55,428 nt of DNA from contig DATMBL010000011.1 in NCBI GenBank assembly GCA_035559295.1, positions 1 to 55,428 on the forward strand, written 5' to 3'. The stretch's first letter is position 1. Each line of letters starts with the position of its first letter. The stretch is from Candidatus Eiseniibacteriota bacterium (GTDB lineage Bacteria; Desulfobacterota; Binatia; UBA9968). Made by a program: the position numbers and the translations under genes. Below are positions 45,680 through 52,662 of the stretch, piece by piece. A model generated the notes under the pieces. The model did not search any database and had not been told where the DNA came from. It saw only the letters and a list, made by a program, of their open reading frames with translations.

Positions 45680-47101
45680 TTACCCGGCTTGGTCGTCGGG
45701 TGGTATCAGGAGCTTCTGGCCGACATAAATGTAGTGCGGGTTCTTCACGACGTCGCGATTTGCCTCGTAAATCTTTTCCCACTTGTAAACGGAATTGTAG
45801 AAGCGCTGGGCTATCCTGCTGAGAGTGTCGCCGGGTTTGACGATATAGAGCTCGGAACCGGACGACGCCGGCGCGGTTTTGACGGTGGCCGGAGTCACCT
45901 CGGCTTTTTCTGCAGGGCTTCGGGCCGGAGCTTTGGCTTCGAGCGGCGGGGTCGGTTTGGCTTCCGTCGGCGCCTTGGTGCTTGCCGTCGCCGGTGGGGC
46001 AGGCGGCGGCGATGCAGCGGGCGGCGCGCTGGGCTCGCTCCGCGGCGCTCGGGCAACGGCTTGAGTCTTATACAGCCGATCGACGAAGCCTGACGTATCC
46101 AACTCCTTCACGAACGTCAGATCAACGAACTGCTCGGGGCGGGCCGCGCGCGCGGCCGGATCCTTGGTGCCCAGTTCGCGGAGCATGATCTGCAAACCTT
46201 TGAGCGTGGGATACGGCTTTTCTGGAACCAGGGTGAGCATGATCGACTCATACGTCTCGTCGAGCACGTCTTTGTCATCGGTGCGCAAGTATTTCGTGAG
46301 AATTTCGATGGTTTCTCTCCGGTGCGTCTTGGCGTAATGAATCCCCTCGACGTACGCCCGCATAAAATCGCGCACCAGTTCCGGCTTCGATTTGATCAGC
46401 GACCTGGTCGTTGCGATCCCGGTATGCTGGTACTCGAGTCCGAGCATCTGAAGATCCGCGAGCATCGGAAAACCCGCTTTTTTCGCTCTCAACGTGGTGG
46501 GCGGCGACAGCATGGCCGCGTTGAGCTTTCCTCCTTCGAGGGCGGAAAGGAGCGCGGGCACGTTTCCCAGTTGGAGAATCGTCACGTCCTTGTTCGGCTC
46601 CAGGCCATACTTTTCGAGCGCGTAACGCATGGCAAAGTCGGTCGAGGAGCCGAAGCGGGTGACTCCCACCGTCTTACCTTTGAGCTGATCGGGCCTGCTG
46701 ATGGTCTTGTCCGTGTACAGTTGAAAGATCAACGTATTGACCACCCCCGCAATCATCACCGTGTCGGCGCCCCGCAGGTTGGCTTGCATGACGGCCGCGC
46801 CGGCCATATGAGCGAAGGAAATCTCACCGGAGATCAACGACTGCGCTGCGGTTGTTCCGGATTCGATCAGAATCGGTTGCACGTCTAAACCGTACTTTCT
46901 GAAGAATCCCTTTTCTACCGTGACCCAAAGAGGCGCGTTGTTTCCAGAGATAGAACTATACGCCACGTTCACTTTTTGCAGCGCTGCGCCGCCGGGCTTT
47001 TCCGCCGCCGCCGCCCCGGACGGCGCAGCAACCGCCGCGAGCCCGAGCAACAGAACGGCGACAACCGAAAACGGTTTCATGGCGATATGCATCGGCTTCA
47101 T
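45680..47101 (-). CDS. NMT1/SsuA-type periplasmic substrate-binding protein fused to a C-terminal LysM domain
   Basis: It has a signal peptide and an SBP core ('VNVAYSSISGNNAPLWV...GKTVGVTRFGSSTDF'). A Pro/Ala-rich linker is followed by LysM 'YIVKPGDTLSRIAQRFYNSVYKWEKIYEANRDVVKNPHYIYVGQKLLIP'. Confidence 0.8.
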   Translation of the reverse strand: MKPMHIAMKPFSVVAVLLLGLAAVAAPSGAAAAEKPGGAALQKVNVAYSSISGNNAPLWVTVEKGFFRKYGLDVQPILIESGTTAAQSLISGEISFAHMAGAAVMQANLRGADTVMIAGVVNTLIFQLYTDKTISRPDQLKGKTVGVTRFGSSTDFAMRYALEKYGLEPNKDVTILQLGNVPALLSALEGGKLNAAMLSPPTTLRAKKAGFPMLADLQMLGLEYQHTGIATTRSLIKSKPELVRDFMRAYVEGIHYAKTHRRETIEILTKYLRTDDKDVLDETYESIMLTLVPEKPYPTLKGLQIMLRELGTKDPAARAARPEQFVDLTFVKELDTSGFVDRLYKTQAVARAPRSEPSAPPAASPPPAPPATASTKAPTEAKPTPPLEAKAPARSPAEKAEVTPATVKTAPASSGSELYIVKPGDTLSRIAQRFYNSVYKWEKIYEANRDVVKNPHYIYVGQKLLIPPDDQAG

Positions 47102-47131
47102 ATGTGGTCTCCCTTACCGACTCGAAGAGTT

Positions 47132-47917
47132 CTAGGCCTTGTTCAACCGGCTCATCGCGGCTTTAAGACTTGCACGCATTCTTTCAAGCGACCTGGCAAG
47201 CTCCCCCACCTCATCGTTTGACTGCACCGGCACGACCGTATCCAGCCGACCCCGGCTGATCTCATCGGCAGTGGCTTTAAGGTCTAGTATAGGTCGAATG
47301 GTTTTGCCAGCGATCGCCATCGAAAGTGCCACACCGATCACGAGGCAAAGAGCGACCGCTGCGACGATAGGAAGGATCGTGGCCCGAACTTCGCTGTGAA
47401 CGGACTCGGCCCACAAACCAACGTGAACGGCGCCCAACTGACCGTCCAGAAGCGGAACCCGGGTTTCATACGCAGATTGACCGCGCAGCGAGGTCGTCCG
47501 CGAGCTGGCGACCCGCTGGTTGCGCGTCAATGAAACATCTTTGAGCTCGGCCGGAAAGGGCTGCAGGCTGGACGCGATCACGTCACCTTTCGGACCGATT
47601 ATGAACGCGTAGGCTACGCCGTCGAGTCGGCCATACTTTGCGATGAGCGCATCGAGTTCCAAGCTGTTCTTTCGCGCCACGTGACCAGCAGCGGCGTCGC
47701 TCAGGTTGGTTGCGATGGCAGAAGCTCTCAGCTCGACCTGCCGCCGAAGCGCGCTGTCCGTTAGATAATACACGACCCCTATAACGAAAGATCCCAAAAC
47801 GAGCAAGAGCGCGCTAAAGCTGGCACTGATTTTCCAACGCAGGCCCGCCGCCTTCCACGGAACGGCGGCTAGGCCGCCGACCTTGACACCATCCATTGAC
47901 ATCGACTCCTGAGACAT
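47132..47917 (-). CDS. TM-sensor-TM-HAMP protein without output domain (paralog 2)
   Basis: It has the same architecture and alignable sequence as 29590-30330 ('AIATNLSDAAAG', 'DEVGELARSLERMRASLKAAM'). It ends just after the HAMP. Confidence 0.75.
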   Translation of the reverse strand: MSQESMSMDGVKVGGLAAVPWKAAGLRWKISASFSALLLVLGSFVIGVVYYLTDSALRRQVELRASAIATNLSDAAAGHVARKNSLELDALIAKYGRLDGVAYAFIIGPKGDVIASSLQPFPAELKDVSLTRNQRVASSRTTSLRGQSAYETRVPLLDGQLGAVHVGLWAESVHSEVRATILPIVAAVALCLVIGVALSMAIAGKTIRPILDLKATADEISRGRLDTVVPVQSNDEVGELARSLERMRASLKAAMSRLNKA

Positions 47918-47941
47918 GCGTCCTCCCGCTCAGGGCGTAGT

Positions 47942-48736
47942 TCAAAACTTCTTGAACCCTGAAATCTCGTGCGCCACAGCTTCTTGAAATTTCGCTCTCG
48001 ATTTCGCGTCCGGGATCTCTCTACAGATGAGAGCGATGAGTTCGTCGAACTTAGCTTCGGGAAAACTCGTTTGCGATTCGCCCAGAGCTTCGATTTGGTC
48101 GCGGACAACCACCGGCGCCATCGGACCGATGATTTCCGTGAGGAGCACGCTCATGCGGTTAAACAAGGCAGGCGTCACGAGCTCGGACGCCGGCTTGACT
48201 GGCGGTGCGACCACTTCCACAAGCCCGGCTTTGTGCAAATTGAATATGACTTTGGCGGTATAGGCGTAAGGCACTCGCAGGATTTCCGCGATCTCTTGGA
48301 CCGTGCGGACACCGTCGATTTTGGTGAGAACGCGCCAGCCGACATGCGGGACCGTTACCGGACCACTTTGCTCGTCCGCCAGCTCGGCGAGCCGAAAAAC
48401 CGTTTTGCCGGAGGGGATGACTTCGAGAATCGTTTCCCACTCGCGACTCATGGCTTTCACTTCTTCGAGGATCTGCGTCGAATGCTTTCTGATCGTTGCC
48501 GTCGGCGCGGAGCCGTTGGGAAGGAGAGTGAAGCTGCCCTCGCCCCAGGTGACGGGGTAGAGAAGCGCCTTTTCGCCGTCTCCTATGGGACACGTGGCGT
48601 GGATGATCTCTCCGCCGCTAAGGTAGATCTCGACGGTTTCCTTTCCCCGCGACAGTTTGAGAACCCCTGATTTCTTGCCGCTCGTCGCGAGCAGCAAAAG
48701 ATCATTCAAACTGATTTGCGAAAGATTTCCTTGCAT
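47942..48736 (-). CDS. DUF4388 (PatA-N/PATAN-like) domain protein with a winged-helix-like middle region
   Basis: The N-terminus 'GNLSQISLNDLLLLATSGKKSGVLKLSRGKETVEIYLSGGEIIHA' matches the DUF4388 pattern. The middle region 'RTVQEIAEILRVPYAYTAKVIFNLHKAGLVEVV' is wHTH-like. Confidence 0.7.
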   Translation of the reverse strand: MQGNLSQISLNDLLLLATSGKKSGVLKLSRGKETVEIYLSGGEIIHATCPIGDGEKALLYPVTWGEGSFTLLPNGSAPTATIRKHSTQILEEVKAMSREWETILEVIPSGKTVFRLAELADEQSGPVTVPHVGWRVLTKIDGVRTVQEIAEILRVPYAYTAKVIFNLHKAGLVEVVAPPVKPASELVTPALFNRMSVLLTEIIGPMAPVVVRDQIEALGESQTSFPEAKFDELIALICREIPDAKSRAKFQEAVAHEISGFKKF

Positions 48737-48759
48737 CGACTTTGCCCACCTGAGTTGAG

Positions 48760-49083
48760 CTAGCGTTCTTCCGAACTCCTCCGCGGCGATACGGTTTGCA
48801 CCTTTCTCACGTGTTCGGTCAGCTCATCATGTCCGTTCAGAGTGACTTTCAGGGTTTTTATGACCGCGAGGTTCTTGCTGATATTGACCATCTGCTCGAG
48901 CGTCGATTTGATCTGACTCTGGAGCAGATCCAGTTCCTCGGTCGAAATTCCCTGAAGTTGGCTTTGCAGCTCATCGTACAGACGAGTAATGCTGTCGATT
49001 TGCCCCAAGGATTGGGTCTTGTGCGTTATCTCCTCGTACAGCCGCGAGATGTCTTCCGTGAGATGTTGCAGCTCGTTTTTCAT
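48760..49083 (-). CDS. Small coiled-coil hypothetical protein
   Basis: This is a 107-aa heptad-rich ORF. Its ATG lies 1 nt after the upstream stop. The track ORF's N-terminal extension overlaps the upstream gene. Confidence 0.5.
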   Translation of the reverse strand: MKNELQHLTEDISRLYEEITHKTQSLGQIDSITRLYDELQSQLQGISTEELDLLQSQIKSTLEQMVNISKNLAVIKTLKVTLNGHDELTEHVRKVQTVSPRRSSEER

Positions 49084-49084
49084 A

Positions 49085-50338
49085 TCAGTTGCCACCCTTT
49101 TCAACGGATTTGAGGTGCTTGGTTGCGTACGGATTGTTCGCCGTTCTGCGGAAGCCCGATGGTTCAGCGTTGGCCGGGTGATCGCTTTTCGTCGCCGGCT
49201 CGACGCTGCTCGGTTGGAGACTCGACTGAACCGGCTGGGGGGAAGATGCCGGAGTGTCGTCGGATGATCGCCAGTAGAAATAGGCCGCGGCAATGACGAG
49301 GACGAGAAGCGCGCAAACCGCAACAATGCCGGCGCGGGTTCTCTTGGCGGAGTGATCCGAGTAGAGGTCGTATTCGCCGTAATCTTTAATGAGCTTTTTG
49401 AGCCGCTGGTCGAGATCGCCGTCTTTGGGCGTCGCTACGGTGGGTTTCAGCGGCGCGACGTTTTCAACCAGGGGGAACTCGGGTTCCGCGGGCCCGGGCG
49501 CGTCTGGCAGCTCGTCGGTCGGCTGGGACGGTTCGGTGGCCGCCTTGGAAACAGGAATGATGAACTCGCCGTAATCCTTGATGAGGTCGTTGAGCAACCT
49601 CTGATCGAACTCGAATCGTGACTCGTCCGCACTTTCCGGCAGAGGCCTCGCTGCGTCATGCTTCTGTTGCGCATCGGAGACCGTTACAACCGGGCTCGCG
49701 GTTTGCGCTTCTTCGTTCCCCTGAGGGCGCCGTCCGGAATCTCGATCAGTTACGGTAGGTGCGGGGTCGAGACGGGTTGTACGGGCTGTCTCCGGAGAGC
49801 TCGTAGGTCGAGATTCGAACGCCAGGGCCGTGCTCTCAACGGATCCTGCCCGAGAAGCGGGAGGTTGCCGTTCGAGTGGAGAATCCGCGCCTGACTCGGA
49901 AGCAGGTAAATTTTGGGAGCGGTTGTGCTTCGGCAGGGACTGCTGGGTGGCTTCGCGCGTGTCGTTGGCTGACTTGGGCGGCCTCGGAAACATAATGAGC
50001 TTACGCAAGTTAGTGAGCGCTTGTAACTGCGTGGGCGGAGGCGCGGCCAAGAGATCATCAGCGCTCGCGACCACGTTATCGGCCTTCGCGCGCTCGGCGC
50101 AGAGCACTTGATCTCTGATTCGAGAAACATTCTCCAGCGCGTGTTGCAGCTCTCGCAGCCGGGTTGCAAGAGTTACAAGCTTCTTTTCAGTTTCCTCAAC
50201 GTCGGCGATCGTGACACGCTCGAGTTTGTCCCGAAGCCGCTCGACCGCCCCCACGACATCGCCGGCCGCGTTCAGCGTAGCGTTTGGAGGGACCGCCACG
50301 GATTGAGCCCTCTCGTCTTCCTTGTGCGCCGATAACAT
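49085..50338 (-). CDS. Pro/Ser-rich single-pass membrane protein with N-terminal coiled coil and a duplicated DQRL..LIKDYGE(F/Y) motif
   Basis: I chose the ATG at 50338 because the TTG at 50413 lies inside the -12 box of the promoter candidate. A TM 'AGIVAVCALLVLVIAAAYFYW' lies near the C-terminus. Confidence 0.55.
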   Translation of the reverse strand: MLSAHKEDERAQSVAVPPNATLNAAGDVVGAVERLRDKLERVTIADVEETEKKLVTLATRLRELQHALENVSRIRDQVLCAERAKADNVVASADDLLAAPPPTQLQALTNLRKLIMFPRPPKSANDTREATQQSLPKHNRSQNLPASESGADSPLERQPPASRAGSVESTALAFESRPTSSPETARTTRLDPAPTVTDRDSGRRPQGNEEAQTASPVVTVSDAQQKHDAARPLPESADESRFEFDQRLLNDLIKDYGEFIIPVSKAATEPSQPTDELPDAPGPAEPEFPLVENVAPLKPTVATPKDGDLDQRLKKLIKDYGEYDLYSDHSAKRTRAGIVAVCALLVLVIAAAYFYWRSSDDTPASSPQPVQSSLQPSSVEPATKSDHPANAEPSGFRRTANNPYATKHLKSVEKGGN

Positions 50339-50409
50339 TTGAGGTTTGTTTGTGCGCGAGCCTCGATTCCGAATTCCCGGTTGAACGAAATTACAAAGGC
50401 AGCGGAAAA

Positions 50410-50424
50410 GCAAAAGCGCTGCCA
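50410..50424 (-). promoter_or_regulatory. Sigma-54 promoter candidate for the five-gene module
   Basis: The minus strand reads TGGCAG-CGCTT-TTGC, near-consensus with exact spacing. It lies in the 185-nt gap after the protease gene. A 7-bp palindrome GAAAACT-n4-AGTTTTC is at 50438-50455. Confidence 0.55.
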
Positions 50425-50598
50425 GTGTGCGGGTTTCGAAAACTGTCGAGTTTTCAGCAACATCAGGACAGGGTTCTCCCTTAATTGCTAGATAATTCCC
50501 CCAGTTCTGTTCATCTTGAACAAAATTGTACGTGGATGGCTCGAACCGCTCGTTGAAACCAATAACGGCTGATGCGGGGCGAGAATGGAACGCGACAC

Positions 50599-51357
50599 TC
50601 AGCGCGGAGCAAGTGTGATGATCTGGTTCTTCGAGTCGATCGATAGATGAAAGCGACTCAAGAAATCCAGACCCAAAAGTCCATCGACGCGCGCCGTCGG
50701 CATGAGGTCATGAACGGTCACCGTAAGATTATGGACCTCCGCTTCTCCGACCTTAAGCGAGCCGACGCGCGCCATCGGCATCGACATGGGACCGCTGACC
50801 GTCATTGCAACGATCCGCGGTCCGTCGGTTCTCAAGCCCAGATCCTTAGCGATGCGCCGAGAGATCATCGTCGTTGTCGCGCCCGTATCCAGAGCGAGAA
50901 GCGCTTTGATCCGGCGATTTAGCGTCACGGGCACGATGACCGACGTGCCGTTCATTTTAACCGGAATCCGAATGGCGTTCTCGGACTCGGCCGCCACCGA
51001 AGCGGAATGTGCCATGGCAAGCTCGGTGACGGTCGGCGGCGGCACGGGCCTGAAGGCCTTTTCCACATCCGCGATCGTGTCGGCGTCCGCTTTCTTGACC
51101 CAACCGATCACGCCGCGACGTGATTCTATCAAGTACCAGCGCAATCCTTGCGGTCCTATACTTTCCGCGATCGGCGTTGCCGACTCGCCGCGCTTGAGAA
51201 AGCCCGCGGGAGGCGACGATTCATCGGGCCCGAGATGGATAACGATGCTGCCCGCGTCAGCTCCGGTTTGTATGACGAGCGGTTGGCTTTCCGCGTCACT
51301 CGCCAATAGGCACGATGCAAGGCAGGCAACGTACAAAGGGCGGATAAGCTTCGGCAC
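50599..51357 (-). CDS. Retropepsin-like (clan AA) aspartic protease with an N-terminal SH3b-like domain
   Basis: It has a signal and possible lipobox 'CLASC' and an SH3-like 'LRWYLIESRRGVIGWVKK'. It also has the catalytic 'LLALDTGATTTMIS' and 'GLLGLDFLSRF'. Confidence 0.8.
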   Translation of the reverse strand: MPKLIRPLYVACLASCLLASDAESQPLVIQTGADAGSIVIHLGPDESSPPAGFLKRGESATPIAESIGPQGLRWYLIESRRGVIGWVKKADADTIADVEKAFRPVPPPTVTELAMAHSASVAAESENAIRIPVKMNGTSVIVPVTLNRRIKALLALDTGATTTMISRRIAKDLGLRTDGPRIVAMTVSGPMSMPMARVGSLKVGEAEVHNLTVTVHDLMPTARVDGLLGLDFLSRFHLSIDSKNQIITLAPR

Positions 51358-51375
51358 GGCGTCAGTCCTGCGCTC

Positions 51376-52656
51376 CTAAGGCGCGATCGCAAACTTCTCG
51401 ATCTTGCGGTAGAGAGTGCGTGTTGATATGCCGAGAGCTTCGGCGGCTTTGGCTTTGTTCCCGTTCGTTTGGCGTAGCGCCTCCTCGATCAGGCTCTTTT
51501 CACCTTCTTCGATATTGCGAATCACTTTCGGGCCGATTTCCTCCCGGTGACCGGTGGCGTACTGCTGAAGATGCATCGGTAAATCGGCGACCGCGATGTA
51601 TTCACCGTCGGAAACCATGACTGCGCTTTCGACGACGCTCTTCAGCTCGCGAATGTTTCCCGGCCACGGATAGTTTAGCAGAAGGGTCTTCGCGGAACTG
51701 CTGAGCTTCTTCAAGGGCCTGCCGTACTGCTGGCACGTTTGATACATGAAATTTGCCAGGAGCAAGATGATGTCTTCTTTGCGCTCGCGAAGTGGCGGAA
51801 GAATAATCCGCGCGCTGTTCAGCCGAAAGTAGAGATCTTTTCTAAAGCTGTTGTTTTGAATCGCCTGATCCAGCTCCTTGTTGGTTGCGGCAATGATTCG
51901 CACGTCGCTGGTCCTGGGCGTCGAGTCGCCGACCTTGTAGTACTGGCGCGTCTCGAGAAAGCGCAAAAGCTTCAATTGGATCGCCGGCGCGAGGTCGCCG
52001 ATCTCGTCGAGAAAAAGGGTTCCTCCTTCCGCGGCTTCGATCAGTCCCTTTTTGTTCCGGTCGGCGCCGGTGAATGCTCCTCGGACGTAGCCAAAAAGCT
52101 CGCTCTCAACGAGCGTTTCAGGAATCGCGGTCATATTGCAGGCGACAAACGGCTTGTCCGCGCGCGGGCCGTGCGTGTGAATATAATGCGCCATAACCTC
52201 TTTGCCGGTGCCGGTTTCGCCGGTGATCAAGACCGTGATGTCGTGCATCGCGTAGCGGTTGGCGAGGTTCAACACTCCGTGAAACTGCGGCGTCTCGCCG
52301 ATGATCATCGGCGCCTGCACCGAATCCCCCGAGCGGCTTTCCTCTTGCGCAGACGGAACGTAGCCCAAAAGCCCGTTCAGCTGATGAATTCTCTCCGGGT
52401 GGTAGCAGACGAACGCCAGCTCGACCGGGTTTTCGCCCGCGCGTTCGATCAGGCTCTCCCACACCCGACCGCGGCAGATCGAAACATCGGCGAATACGAA
52501 CTTGATCTGGTCCGTCGGGAAAGCGGAAAAGACGCGCTCGACTTCGTCGAGGCTGCGGGTCAGGTGTACTGCGAGTCCGCGCGCCTCGAGCAGTTTGGTC
52601 AACGCCGTCGGCGATGACTTGAGCGCATGGACGACGAGAGCGAGTGGCTGCGGCAT
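51376..52656 (-). CDS. Sigma-54-dependent transcriptional activator with an atypical N-terminal receiver-like domain
   Basis: 'GETGTGKE', 'GAFTGA', and an HTH 'NKAKAAEALGISTRTLYRKI'. The N-domain lacks the usual acidic DD pocket at its start. Confidence 0.9.
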   Translation of the reverse strand: MPQPLALVVHALKSSPTALTKLLEARGLAVHLTRSLDEVERVFSAFPTDQIKFVFADVSICRGRVWESLIERAGENPVELAFVCYHPERIHQLNGLLGYVPSAQEESRSGDSVQAPMIIGETPQFHGVLNLANRYAMHDITVLITGETGTGKEVMAHYIHTHGPRADKPFVACNMTAIPETLVESELFGYVRGAFTGADRNKKGLIEAAEGGTLFLDEIGDLAPAIQLKLLRFLETRQYYKVGDSTPRTSDVRIIAATNKELDQAIQNNSFRKDLYFRLNSARIILPPLRERKEDIILLLANFMYQTCQQYGRPLKKLSSSAKTLLLNYPWPGNIRELKSVVESAVMVSDGEYIAVADLPMHLQQYATGHREEIGPKVIRNIEEGEKSLIEEALRQTNGNKAKAAEALGISTRTLYRKIEKFAIAP

Positions 52657-52662
52657 CGCGAA

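Noticed and set aside
51739-52617. A 292-aa plus-strand ORF.
   Set aside because: It is antisense to the sigma-54 activator gene, which carries GETGTGKE, GAFTGA and HTH motifs.
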